Shown piece after piece: positions 28,911-37,870 of a DNA stretch of 43,787 bases (position 1 is the first letter of the stretch; the number at the start of each line of letters is the position of its first letter). The stretch comes from a virus. Taxonomy: Duplodnaviria; Caudoviricetes. The stretch lies in the IMG/VR virus record IMGVR_UViG_3300032216_000777, positions 1 to 43,787 of that record. One strand, 5' to 3'. Position numbers and translations under genes: made by a program. The notes under the pieces are model-generated. The model saw only the letters and a program-made list of their open reading frames with translations. It searched no databases and was not told where the DNA came from.

Positions 28911-29834
28911 ATGACTCTTCCTGTCCCAAACTCTTTTTCAGGTAAGGCGCAAGCCACAACCCTGACTGCAAGCATCTCAAACACTGCTTTGTCATTCACC
29001 GTGGCATCAGCAAGCACTTGGACTGAGACTGCTGGCACTCACATTGATTCGCCACTTGGGACTTCAGGCGCATTTGTCATCACCTTGGACTACGGACTTC
29101 CCACTGAGGAAAAGGTTCTCTGCTCGAACATCACTGGCTCCGGCCCATTTACCGTGAATGTCTACAACTCCGGTGGACAAACAGGTCGAGGCTTTGATCG
29201 CACCTCTGCAGTTGGTCACGACGTTACTGATGGCGGCGCAGTAATCCATACCTACTCAGCAGACGTTCCGTACCAAGCAAATCGTGCTGGGACTGCTGCC
29301 GCTGCTGCGCAAACCACCGCAAACACCGCAAACGCCAACGCTGCTGCCGCACAAACTACTGCCAACGCTGCCTTGCCCAAGGCTGGCGGAACCATGACCG
29401 GCGCAATCGCTATGGGGTCACATAAAATTACTGGCCTCTCCAACGGTACATCTACCAACGATGCGGTCAATTACGGCCAACTCAGCCCAGTCAGCACCGC
29501 TGCCTATGGAGTGAACCTCACTGGGGCCACGCCTCTCACCGGCACGAACCCAACTTACCCAGCAACGCTTATCAACTACACTTTTACCACTGTTCTTTCA
29601 CTTGCAGCAGGTTCGGGCATCATTTCTTTCCCATCAACCCTTCCTCACTCAGTTCTCGGCGTGAACATCAGCGTTGTTGCCTCTGCTTCGGGAACCGGCG
29701 TGACTCAAGGCGCAACTGTTCAAGTGGTTGATGGCACGACGCAACTTTATTCCTGCAACATCAAATGCCTTGACGCTACCGGCGCAGGTATCACTGGTTC
29801 TGTCCGCTTCAACGTTACGGTCTGCGGTTACTAA
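28911..29834 (+). CDS. Minor tail fibre / needle protein
   Basis: ATTLTASIS...EEKVLC...GRGFDRT domain; ALPKAGGTMTGAIAMGSHKITGL...DAVNYGQL fibre motif. Confidence 0.7.
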   Translation: MTLPVPNSFSGKAQATTLTASISNTALSFTVASASTWTETAGTHIDSPLGTSGAFVITLDYGLPTEEKVLCSNITGSGPFTVNVYNSGGQTGRGFDRTSAVGHDVTDGGAVIHTYSADVPYQANRAGTAAAAAQTTANTANANAAAAQTTANAALPKAGGTMTGAIAMGSHKITGLSNGTSTNDAVNYGQLSPVSTAAYGVNLTGATPLTGTNPTYPATLINYTFTTVLSLAAGSGIISFPSTLPHSVLGVNISVVASASGTGVTQGATVQVVDGTTQLYSCNIKCLDATGAGITGSVRFNVTVCGY

Positions 29835-30529
29835 TGACGACCATGCGAGACAAGATCGTTGCCGCCGCAAAATGGGGCGTAGAGAACAAGGCGCACTTCA
29901 CCTACTCTGAAGGCCCTCTCCGCATGGAAGCGGTACACAAGCCATTCCAACTCCCCATCACTTCTGACTGCTCATCATGGGTAACGTCTTGCTACTCATG
30001 GGCAGGAGCGCCAGACCCTAACGGCTGCAACTACAACGGCTACGGCTACACCGGAACCCTGCTCTCTCACGGCACCAAGATTCCGTTATCAGATGTGCAA
30101 CCAGGCGATGTAATCGTCTATGGCCCCGGCACCGGCTGGCACACCGCCATCATTGTTGAGGCAGGAAGCGACCCTCTGACCGTCAGCATGGGACAGAACG
30201 GCGACCCCTCATACGTTCGAGTCAGTCAAGATGGACGACTCCCTCAGACCTACCTGCGCTTCATTCCAAAGGATGCAAAGCCAACGCCTCCGGTGAAGCC
30301 ACCTGTTCCGCAGCCACCAAAGCCAAAGCCACCAACCATCGGCCCCGGCGCAAAGGGACAAGACGTAATCAAGATGCAACAACTCCTAGTCGGGAAGGGC
30401 TACAAGTTAATGATTGACGGGGTATTCGGCCAAATGACTGAGGCTGCTGTCCGGCAGTTCCAGAACCAACACAAGCTCATTGTGGACGGTATCTGCGGAA
30501 ATGCCACTTGGGGAGCGTTGGGTGCATAA
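29834..30529 (+). CDS. Endolysin: NlpC/P60 peptidase plus peptidoglycan-binding domain
   Basis: SDCSSWV (Cys), QPGDVIVY...HTAI (His), Pro-rich linker, DGVFGQMTEAAVRQFQ...VDGICGNATW. Confidence 0.9.
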   Translation: MTTMRDKIVAAAKWGVENKAHFTYSEGPLRMEAVHKPFQLPITSDCSSWVTSCYSWAGAPDPNGCNYNGYGYTGTLLSHGTKIPLSDVQPGDVIVYGPGTGWHTAIIVEAGSDPLTVSMGQNGDPSYVRVSQDGRLPQTYLRFIPKDAKPTPPVKPPVPQPPKPKPPTIGPGAKGQDVIKMQQLLVGKGYKLMIDGVFGQMTEAAVRQFQNQHKLIVDGICGNATWGALGA

Positions 30530-30831
30530 TGCTTGCTACGGATTGGCCCACACTTTTAGGTGAAACATACAATGCGTTCTTCGTCGTCGCAGGAGTCACC
30601 GGCGCAATCATTGCAGTCTTTAGAAGTCACAAGTCCTACGTCGAGCACCGACAGGAACTTCGAGACACCAGAGCCATTGCTGACGAACTCATCCAAATCA
30701 CCAAAGCCCAAGATGCTGCGCTGGCAGAGATCAAAAAGAAACTTACAATGAACGGGAAGAACACCCAAAACCCCGGTGACTTGCTTGGCCTCATCTGCGA
30801 CAGACTTGGCATTGAGATCCCGCAGAACTAA
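30529..30831 (+). CDS. Single-TM lysis-associated membrane protein (holin-like)
   Basis: TAATG-coupled to endolysin; one hydrophobic segment then coiled coil ending TMNGK. Confidence 0.65.
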   Translation: MLATDWPTLLGETYNAFFVVAGVTGAIIAVFRSHKSYVEHRQELRDTRAIADELIQITKAQDAALAEIKKKLTMNGKNTQNPGDLLGLICDRLGIEIPQN

Positions 30832-30877
30832 AGTTCTAGAACCACAAAACTAAGGTTCTAAGTGGTATCCTAATGGA

Positions 30878-31411
30878 GTGCCAAACACCAACCCTAACGA
30901 CTGGATTAAAGGCGACCTAGTTTTCGCCCACTCAACGGGCATTATTGGGAAGGCTATCCGCTTTGCCGAACGAATTCGTGGCAAGGGCGGTGACAACTGG
31001 AACCACGTTGCTGTTCTCTCTCGTCGTGATGCAGATGGTACTTGGTACATCTTTCAGGCTGAAGCTGCTGGCGTAACCAACGACAAGACACTGGACTCAG
31101 TTGCTCCTGGTGGTCACTACGAAGTCGTGCCGCTGCCCCCAGAGGTTGATCGCTTCTCCTTCTACATGTTCATTCACTCGCAGGTCGGCGCAAAGTATGG
31201 GTTCCTCAGCATCCTGTCGTGCGCTGTGGACATCATCATCCCCGACTCCATCTGCCTCCGCCAAGCAAAGACTTGGATCTGTTCTGGACTTGTCGCTGCT
31301 GGCCTGTTCGCCGGAGATTATCGGCCTGCACGAAACTGGGCGAAGAAAGACCTCTACACCACAATGCCAAGCGAAATCCGCACCGAGATAGGAGAAGTCA
31401 AATGCCATTGA
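30878..31411 (+). CDS. Permuted papain-like amidase (YiiX/YebB-like)
   Basis: GDLVF...WNHVAV (His first)...VGAKY...WICSGLVA (Cys later). Confidence 0.8.
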   Translation: MPNTNPNDWIKGDLVFAHSTGIIGKAIRFAERIRGKGGDNWNHVAVLSRRDADGTWYIFQAEAAGVTNDKTLDSVAPGGHYEVVPLPPEVDRFSFYMFIHSQVGAKYGFLSILSCAVDIIIPDSICLRQAKTWICSGLVAAGLFAGDYRPARNWAKKDLYTTMPSEIRTEIGEVKCH

Positions 31412-31626
31412 AAGACATCCTTGACACCGATCCAAAGCCCTGCAAGGTTGCTCGAATTCTTGAGGAACTTGATGCAGAGGACAAGGCAACGCTGGAAGGG
31501 TGGCTCGTCAAGATGCGCCCGTGGCCTCTCTCTCAAGCCCTGACCAAGTATGGCAAGGCAGTCTCCGAGCAGACGGTGAAGCGCCACCAAGTCGGCTCCT
31601 GCTCCTGCTACATGGTCAACGAATGA
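31402..31626 (+). CDS. Small HTH/zinc-binding protein coupled to phosphoesterase
   Basis: MPLKDIL...PCKV...VSEQTVKRHQVGSCSC; AGGAG SD supports ATG 31402. Confidence 0.7.
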   Translation: MPLKDILDTDPKPCKVARILEELDAEDKATLEGWLVKMRPWPLSQALTKYGKAVSEQTVKRHQVGSCSCYMVNE

Positions 31627-32678
31627 GTCTCGAAGATTTTGTTGTGGTGCCAGAAAAATCGTCTGAACGCTACAAGCGTGAGCGTGACGATGCTCGCCGG
31701 GAACGTGACCGACTGGACAAGCGCATTGAGGCACTAGAGCAGAAGTGCGACCTGCTGACTGCAATGGATGGAGTCACGGCTACTCCGCCGACTTGGTTGC
31801 AACCCAAGAAATCGGGAAGTGGGAAGGGCATCGCCAACCTGATGCTCAGTGACTTGCACCTAGACGAAGTAGTTGCTGCCGAGCAGATGAACTACGTCAA
31901 CGCCTACAGCCGTGAGATTGCCACCATTCGGCTTCAGCGCACGTTTGAGAAGGCCATCGAGCACACCCGTGACTATCTCTCCGGCGTGAAGTATGAGGGC
32001 CTAGGACTGTGGCTGGGAGGCGACCTGTTCTCCGGCAACATTCACGAAGAACTGCGGAACACCAATGAGGCTCCTATCCTCGCCTCATTGGACTACTGGA
32101 TTGACCCAATGGTTGCGGGAATGAAGATGCTTGCAGACCACTTCGGCAAGGTTCACGTTCCAAGCGTCGTCGGTAACCACGGCAGAATGACTCACAAGCC
32201 CATCATGAAGTCAAGAGTGCAGGACAACTTTGACTGGTTCTTCACTCGTGTCCTCCAGCGAGAGTTGCGGGGAGACAAGAGGTTCACATGGGACGTTCCG
32301 CACACCGCTGACGTAATCGTGCAGCAGTACGACACTCGAATCCTCATGACTCATGGCGACCAGGCAAGAGGTGGCTCCGGTATCTCCGGCATTTTCACCC
32401 CACTGTCACTGATGACATTCCGCAAAGGCAAGAACTACGCCAACATGGAGATGCCTTACGATCACACAGTCATGGGCCACTTCCACCAATACATCACCGG
32501 CCCATCATTCACAGTGAACGGCAGCTTGAAAGGCTACGACGAATACGCAGCCATCTCCAACTTCGGCTTTGAAGAACCCCAGCAGGCTATGTGGGTGACG
32601 ACTCCCGAGCGTGGGATAACATGGCAGTTTGCCATCCGGCCAATGGATAAAAAGAAAGAGGGTTGGCACCGTCCTTGA
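31623..32678 (+). CDS. Calcineurin-like metallophosphoesterase with N-terminal coiled coil
   Basis: SDLH, GGD, GNHG, HGD, GHFH motifs; ATGA start at 31623. Confidence 0.9.
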   Translation: MSLEDFVVVPEKSSERYKRERDDARRERDRLDKRIEALEQKCDLLTAMDGVTATPPTWLQPKKSGSGKGIANLMLSDLHLDEVVAAEQMNYVNAYSREIATIRLQRTFEKAIEHTRDYLSGVKYEGLGLWLGGDLFSGNIHEELRNTNEAPILASLDYWIDPMVAGMKMLADHFGKVHVPSVVGNHGRMTHKPIMKSRVQDNFDWFFTRVLQRELRGDKRFTWDVPHTADVIVQQYDTRILMTHGDQARGGSGISGIFTPLSLMTFRKGKNYANMEMPYDHTVMGHFHQYITGPSFTVNGSLKGYDEYAAISNFGFEEPQQAMWVTTPERGITWQFAIRPMDKKKEGWHRP

Positions 32679-32714
32679 CAGTGTTACACCCCTCTGATAG
32701 AAATACATCTGTCA
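32675..32714 (+). promoter_or_regulatory. Putative housekeeping-sigma promoter with overlapping inverted repeat
   Basis: TTGACA (32675-80), 17-nt spacer ending TGA, TAGAAA(T); TGACAG...CTGTCA inverted repeat; GAAAGGAG SD follows. Confidence 0.6.
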
Positions 32715-32729
32715 CGAAAGGAGCTCACA

Positions 32730-32876
32730 ATGAGCGAGACATACAAGGAAGGGAAGTGTGAGTGTGGTCACTACTGGTCACTCCACCTCATTCCCGGAAA
32801 GCAACCACTGAAACTTGGTCGGTGCTACCGCCTGACAGGTTGCGCCTGCGAGAAGTATGTGAAGGTGGAAGCATGA
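32730..32876 (+). CDS. Small Cys/His zinc-binding protein (48 aa, not in ORF track)
   Basis: MSETYKEGKCECGHYWSLHLIPGKQPLKLGRCYRLTGCACEKYVKVEA; strong SD. Confidence 0.75.
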   Translation: MSETYKEGKCECGHYWSLHLIPGKQPLKLGRCYRLTGCACEKYVKVEA

Positions 32877-33058
32877 GCAACATGGCATGGGCGCAGAAGC
32901 AACGTCGAGAGAGCAACGAAGAAGCGTTGTATTGGCGTGGGCAGGTCAACCAGTTGCACATTGCGATTGACACAATGATTGCCCTTATTGAAGAAGAGAA
33001 GTTGGCATCCGCCATCACTGTTGGACAAACCGTTCTAGGGAGACTAGGCAATGACTGA
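32873..33058 (+). CDS. Hypothetical protein
   Basis: ATGA-coupled start MSNMAWAQ... Confidence 0.6.
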   Translation: MSNMAWAQKQRRESNEEALYWRGQVNQLHIAIDTMIALIEEEKLASAITVGQTVLGRLGND

Positions 33059-33923
33059 TTGGAAAACACCACAACCATCTGGCGGCCTTGCCTCTGCCCT
33101 GCTTGAGAAGTTGGAAGCAGAGAACAAGCCAAAGCCAACAGCACTTGGCACACCACTGCGCTACTCGTCGTTCGGTGAGTGTGCTCGAAAGGTGGCCTAC
33201 ACCGTCCTTGGAGCCGAGACTACTCCGCCATCAGGCGCAGGACTCTACGTCATGCAGATCGGCACGATCCTCCACGAAGTCATTCAAGACGCAATCAAGT
33301 GGAAGGTAGACAGCCTGTGGCAGGGAGCAACGGTTGAGTTTGAAGTTGCTTCTGGACTCGGCAGCAACCTCTCAGGCTCCGCAGATGGTGTCGTGACCGT
33401 CAACATGGAAGATGGAACGGTCAAGAAGATTGCCCTCGAAATCAAGACGATGGGCGGCGTGAAGTTCAAGAAGCAAATCGGCTTCAAGGATCGCCCTGCT
33501 CGTGTTGAGAACCCTGCTGGCCCAGCACTCTCCGCCATTGGACAGGCTGGCTGGAACGCACTTGGCTCCGGATGCGACGAAGTAGTAGTTATGTCTTTCG
33601 CATTGGAGAACATTTCAGTAGGCAAGGCTAATGAAGCCGGACTGTCTGACGCTGACCGCTGCACCGCCGAATGGTTCATCCCTCGCCATGTGTGGGAGCC
33701 ATTGGCCGACAGAGAGCTGGCTCGTCAGGAAGCAATCCTCGTGACCTTGGCTGATGGGCAACTGCCTGACCGTGAAGCACTTGATGACGATGGCTACCCT
33801 GAGCGTCGAGATGTAGACCGTCACCCACTCTGCCTGTCGTACTGTGACTACCGGATGCAATGCTTATCTGATGGCGCAGGACAAGTAGCAATTCCCGTTT
33901 CTCTCAACAAGAAGGAGCAATAA
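33051..33923 (+). CDS. Cas4-like / RecB-family PD-(D/E)xK exonuclease
   Basis: ECAR, GTILHE, SADG, LEIKT, CLSYCDYRMQC (1+3 Cys Fe-S pattern). Confidence 0.85.
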   Translation: MTDWKTPQPSGGLASALLEKLEAENKPKPTALGTPLRYSSFGECARKVAYTVLGAETTPPSGAGLYVMQIGTILHEVIQDAIKWKVDSLWQGATVEFEVASGLGSNLSGSADGVVTVNMEDGTVKKIALEIKTMGGVKFKKQIGFKDRPARVENPAGPALSAIGQAGWNALGSGCDEVVVMSFALENISVGKANEAGLSDADRCTAEWFIPRHVWEPLADRELARQEAILVTLADGQLPDREALDDDGYPERRDVDRHPLCLSYCDYRMQCLSDGAGQVAIPVSLNKKEQ

Positions 33924-33925
33924 CA

Positions 33926-34579
33926 ATGGCACACTTTGACCTGAGCAACTACGTCACGGTCGCAGAGCGCATCACCCAGTTCTGGGCGCAACACCCAGAA
34001 GGCCGTATTGAGACTCGCTTGGAGCATGTCTCCACCGACTCACGACTGTTCGCAGTCTGGGCAGCGGTCTACAAGAACGCCAGCGATGAGAAGCCTTGGG
34101 CAACCGGCTTGGCTGAGGAACACTTTGGTCAGTCCGGCCCAAACCAGACCAGCCCCCTAGAGAACTGTGAGTCCTCTGCCATTGGTCGAGCACTTGCCAA
34201 CGCAGGGTACGCCACCACTGCCGAGGGTCGCCCAAGCCGTGAGGAAATGCAGAAGGTTGCATACGGCTCAAGCAACGAGGCTCCACGAGCATACGCTCCA
34301 CCAGCAGCTCCCCCAGCAGCAGGCGAGAAGATTGACAAGAGCCGCAACGGTGTCATCTGGTACTTCTTCAACAAGGATGGCAAGGCCGCTGATGCCTACG
34401 TCGCCACCCGGTTCGGCGTGAAGCGCACCCAAGACTTGACCATTGAGCAGTTCAATGAAATGATGGGCGAGTTGAACCCCAACAAGGTCAAAGGCCGCAC
34501 CATTGACGATGTGAACGCTGAATCATCTGGCGCTGCACTCGTTGAGCAGGCGTTCGGCATCGGAGAGGAACCCTTCTAA
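33926..34579 (+). CDS. Putative ssDNA-annealing/recombination protein
   Basis: YVTVAERI...HPEGRI...ATGLAEE...LENCESSAIGRALA...SREEM; next to exonuclease; acidic EEPF C-terminus. Confidence 0.6.
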   Translation: MAHFDLSNYVTVAERITQFWAQHPEGRIETRLEHVSTDSRLFAVWAAVYKNASDEKPWATGLAEEHFGQSGPNQTSPLENCESSAIGRALANAGYATTAEGRPSREEMQKVAYGSSNEAPRAYAPPAAPPAAGEKIDKSRNGVIWYFFNKDGKAADAYVATRFGVKRTQDLTIEQFNEMMGELNPNKVKGRTIDDVNAESSGAALVEQAFGIGEEPF

Positions 34580-34881
34580 TGGCATCAGAACCGAAGTTCC
34601 ACATGGGAGACAAGGTGCTCCACGTTGGCGAAGCGGTAGACCTCGTGACCGACTCCATCTGGGAGCCAGCAACGCAGATGCGCTACTACGTCACGATCAA
34701 CGCAGACCAAGAACTTGAGCTGCTTGAGGAATCGGCGCTCAAGAAGTGGGAACCCACTCGCCTGCTGGTCGAAGTCCCGGCAGAAGTTTTGCGGGACTGG
34801 GACGACCTCTCAGACACCGCAGTTCTTGATGAGTACCTGCTGTCCGCTATCAGGGCTTGGAAACTTGACAACGAAGCGTGA
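34579..34881 (+). CDS. Hypothetical protein (SH3-like N-terminus)
   Basis: PKFHMGDKV...RYYV; TAATG-coupled. Confidence 0.6.
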   Translation: MASEPKFHMGDKVLHVGEAVDLVTDSIWEPATQMRYYVTINADQELELLEESALKKWEPTRLLVEVPAEVLRDWDDLSDTAVLDEYLLSAIRAWKLDNEA

Positions 34882-34888
34882 GCGTACC

Positions 34889-35032
34889 GTGGCAGTTCAT
34901 CTCAACTGGGGTGAACTGCTGCGGGTCGAGCGTATCTTGCACGACATTGGCAAGTGGAACGAAGTAGTAGCAACTGATCCACTCCATGAGAAGGTCAAAG
35001 ATGCAATCGTGAAGTATGGGCAACCGCAATGA
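34889..35032 (+). CDS. Hypothetical protein (start uncertain)
   Basis: 3' part of ORF 34715..35032 fills the gap; ATGA overlap downstream. Confidence 0.45.
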   Translation: MAVHLNWGELLRVERILHDIGKWNEVVATDPLHEKVKDAIVKYGQPQ

Positions 35033-35208
35033 AACCCACCGCCAAGATGAGAAGGTTCGTTTGTCCTGGCTGTGAGAATGAAGTATTTGCACTAGCCCTC
35101 GAAGTGTGGCACAGTTGCCCCAAGAGAAAAGGCGCTAAGGGATTATCCGGCGCACCGACACAATACAAGGAGCTCCCCAATGGGACAGATGAAAGAAACC
35201 CTGCATGA
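35029..35208 (+). CDS. Small zinc-binding protein (59 aa, not in ORF track)
   Basis: MKPTAKMRRFVCPGCENEVFALALEVWHSCPKRK...; CxxC...HxC. Confidence 0.55.
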   Translation: MKPTAKMRRFVCPGCENEVFALALEVWHSCPKRKGAKGLSGAPTQYKELPNGTDERNPA

Positions 35209-35374
35209 CACGCCAGAAGCAGAGGCGTACCAAGAGCACGTTGAGCGAGTTGACGCGCTGAACAAACTTGCCCACGACCTGCTCGGCCAAATCAGTCAAG
35301 TGGAGTTCACCGTTCGCATCATGCACGACAACGTTGTGGAACTGCTGAACGGACTGACCAATGGCGCAGCGTAA
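35180..35374 (+). CDS. Hypothetical protein
   Basis: AAGGAG SD; helical 64 aa. Confidence 0.6.
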   Translation: MGQMKETLHDTPEAEAYQEHVERVDALNKLAHDLLGQISQVEFTVRIMHDNVVELLNGLTNGAA

Positions 35375-35822
35375 GGTCGCACACGGCACCTACAGCAAGT
35401 GGAAATGGGATCACTGCAACTGCTCCATCTGCAAGGCGGCAAAGGACAAGCACCTGAACCCGCCGCAATACATTCCACTCCCTGATGGTTTCCGCAATAC
35501 CGGCGACACCACCTTCAGCAACGTCTGGCGTGACAAGGCAGAGTGCCGACGACAAGGCCCGATGGACTGGAAAGTGGAAGATGGCAAGACCCGCTACATG
35601 ACCGACGAGGAATGGGGTGCTTGGACTGACCGGGTATTCTTCCCTCAGCGTGGCGGAAGCGTAGAGGAAGCACGAGAAATCTGCGCTCGATGCCCTGTGC
35701 AGGAACAATGCTTTGCAGCTGGACTGATAGACCTGCCAAGCAGCGGCAACACTCCGGTAGGCATTTGGGGTGGCAAGAGCCAACGAGAACGACGAGCAAC
35801 CCGTGGGAGGAAATGGCGATGA
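35361..35822 (+). CDS. whiB: WhiB-family transcription factor with extra N-terminal Cys/His domain
   Basis: WRDKAEC...FFP...AREICARCPVQEQC...GIWGGKSQRERR. Confidence 0.9.
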   Translation: MAQRKVAHGTYSKWKWDHCNCSICKAAKDKHLNPPQYIPLPDGFRNTGDTTFSNVWRDKAECRRQGPMDWKVEDGKTRYMTDEEWGAWTDRVFFPQRGGSVEEAREICARCPVQEQCFAAGLIDLPSSGNTPVGIWGGKSQRERRATRGRKWR

Positions 35823-35932
35823 TGGTGGAACTACCAGACGAGATGGTGCAGCGTTGGCTGAACGGTAAGGGGCTTGAGACTGACGACGAGATTATCCTCA
35901 CCGCCATCCACCATGCGAAGAAGGAACAATGA
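35813..35932 (+). CDS. Hypothetical small protein
   Basis: GGAGG SD before MAMMVELPDEMV...; ATGA overlap downstream. Confidence 0.45.
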   Translation: MAMMVELPDEMVQRWLNGKGLETDDEIILTAIHHAKKEQ

Positions 35933-36300
35933 AGCGCACCCACCTGAAACGCTCCAAGGGCATGAAGTACAAGTCCAAGAAGCGAGCAGTAGACGACAGA
36001 ACTCGTGCGCTCCTGCGTGACCAGTACCTGCAAATCCAGCCCACCTGCGAGATGTGCGAGATGGCAATCGCCACCGACATTGACGAGATCATTGGTCGAG
36101 GGGTAATGCCGGGAGCACAGATGCTCACTCACCTGTTCCAGGCGTTGTGCCGTGCCTGCCATACACTGAAAACCATCAACCCTGACTGGGCATACCGTCA
36201 CGGTTTCTCGGCTCATGCATGGGACATTGAGCGCATTGAGGAAATCAAGGCCAAGCGGGTCTACTGCGAACTGAACTGCGAGGTAGATCACGTTGGCTAA
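35929..36300 (+). CDS. HNH-fold nuclease-like protein
   Basis: MKRTHLKR leader, CEMC...ATDIDEIIGRG...LCRACH; usual catalytic His appears replaced (DE). Confidence 0.7.
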   Translation: MKRTHLKRSKGMKYKSKKRAVDDRTRALLRDQYLQIQPTCEMCEMAIATDIDEIIGRGVMPGAQMLTHLFQALCRACHTLKTINPDWAYRHGFSAHAWDIERIEEIKAKRVYCELNCEVDHVG

Positions 36301-36646
36301 TCCACAGAAGGCACGAGGCTCAGCCTTTGAGCGAGAAGTAGTCAAGTACCTCCAAGAGCAGGGTTTTACCTTTGCAGAACGTCTCTATGGAGCTGGAAGG
36401 TGGGACGACAAGGGCGACATTACCTTGGGAGCCGATAGGTTCCGCCGATTTGTCCACGAACTCAAGAACCATGCCACCCTAAAGTTCCCTGAATGGCTTG
36501 AGGAGGCTAGAATTGAGTGCGAAAACGCTAAGGGCAAGTATCCTGTCGTCATCGCAAAGCGCCGGACTAAAGCACCCTCACAAGCCTATGTCGTGATGAC
36601 CTTGGAGACATGGGTGCAACTACTGAAAGACGAAATTCGTGACTGA
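36293..36646 (+). CDS. Holliday junction resolvase (Hjc-like)
   Basis: KARGSAFERE...DKGDI...ELKN...WLEEA...YVVMTL. Confidence 0.85.
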   Translation: MANPQKARGSAFEREVVKYLQEQGFTFAERLYGAGRWDDKGDITLGADRFRRFVHELKNHATLKFPEWLEEARIECENAKGKYPVVIAKRRTKAPSQAYVVMTLETWVQLLKDEIRD

Positions 36647-37742
36647 AGAAAGTTTTATGTTGCCGGATACTTGGCTTGAATTGCAAAGGCACAATGAGCC
36701 ATTAGTTTCCTCAGTTGAACTTGACTCGCTAACTGCTGCTGCTACAGGTGCGTTTGATTATCAAACTGAAGGAGCAAGCCAGTTTTTTCCATGGAAGCGT
36801 CCAATTTTGCCGCCAACTTGGGGCGTAGGTCTTATTGTTGGGGCATCTGGGACTGGAAAATCAGTTTTGCTTGGCGATTTTGGGAAAACAACTGAGCCTG
36901 AATGGGAACACAACAAGTCTATTGTTAGCCATTTCTCCAATGAAGAAGTAGCCAAAGAGTTAATGTATGCGGTAGGGCTATCTTCAGTTCCAACTTGGGT
37001 CAAGCCTTATCAAGTTTTGTCAAACGGAGAACGGTTTAGGGCCGACCTTGCTCGCCAGTTGCATGATGGCGCAGTAATTGACGAATTTACTTCTGTTGTG
37101 GATCGAAACGTGGCAAAAGCAGCGTCTTTGACGATTGGCAAATACGTTCGGCAGCGTGAGATTAAAAATCTTGTGTTTGCCACCTGTCACCGAGACGTAA
37201 TGGAATGGCTGCAACCAGATTGGATTATTGACACTGACGCAGGTATGTATTGCATCAACCCAAGGGAGTGCCTTCAACGCGACCCTCTGGTGGTCAAAGT
37301 TTATGAAGTCTCCCGAGCCATGTGGAATTATTACATGGGACACCACTACCTTTCAACAAACCTTCACCCGTTTGCCCGCTGCTACGTCGCCAGCATGGAA
37401 GGGCAAGCAGTTGCCTTTGGCGCATCCATCCCTTTTCCCAACGGCCACATAGCAAACGGATGGCGAGGGCATCGAACCGTTACTAATCCTGATTATCAAG
37501 GCTTAGGCGTTGGCGTTCGGCTTTCCGATTGGATTGCAGAGGCTCATGTGAAAGGCGGATACAGATACTATTCAAGGACAACGCATCCTCGCATGGGCGC
37601 TTACAGGGAAAAACATCCTAATTGGAGGGCGACTTCCGGAAATCTGAAGCCGCAAAAGAAAAACGATAACCCGAATTGGGCTAGATGGAATTTTGATGAT
37701 CGTCGGCTTGCTTACAGCCATGAATTTGTATTGGAGATTTAA
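36639..37742 (+). CDS. ABC-type ATPase fused to GNAT acetyltransferase
   Basis: GASGTGKS, LSNGE, VIDEF, ATCH; then HHYL and RTVTNPDYQGLGVG acetyl-CoA motif. Confidence 0.85.
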   Translation: MTEESFMLPDTWLELQRHNEPLVSSVELDSLTAAATGAFDYQTEGASQFFPWKRPILPPTWGVGLIVGASGTGKSVLLGDFGKTTEPEWEHNKSIVSHFSNEEVAKELMYAVGLSSVPTWVKPYQVLSNGERFRADLARQLHDGAVIDEFTSVVDRNVAKAASLTIGKYVRQREIKNLVFATCHRDVMEWLQPDWIIDTDAGMYCINPRECLQRDPLVVKVYEVSRAMWNYYMGHHYLSTNLHPFARCYVASMEGQAVAFGASIPFPNGHIANGWRGHRTVTNPDYQGLGVGVRLSDWIAEAHVKGGYRYYSRTTHPRMGAYREKHPNWRATSGNLKPQKKNDNPNWARWNFDDRRLAYSHEFVLEI

Positions 37743-37870
37743 TGACTGAGAAATGTGAAATCTGCGGCTACCCGCTTGCCAACTACCAAGACCAAGTAGA
37801 ACACTCAAGCCTCGCTCACCCGAACGTAGACCCTGAGCGCCCTGAACCTGTCTGCGCTAACCTGCTCTGA
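37742..37870 (+). CDS. Small C2H2-like zinc-finger protein (42 aa, not in ORF track)
   Basis: MTEKCEICGYPLANYQDQVEHSSLAHP...; TAATG and TGATG coupling. Confidence 0.6.
   Translation: MTEKCEICGYPLANYQDQVEHSSLAHPNVDPERPEPVCANLL

Noticed and set aside
33051-33923. CRISPR-Cas system
   Set aside because: Solo Cas4-like nuclease beside a putative annealing protein; no repeat-spacer array or other cas genes seen
35515-36345. 276-aa minus-strand ORF and other long antisense ORFs such as 6319..7062
   Set aside because: Shadow ORFs opposite well-supported plus-strand genes; no recognisable motifs
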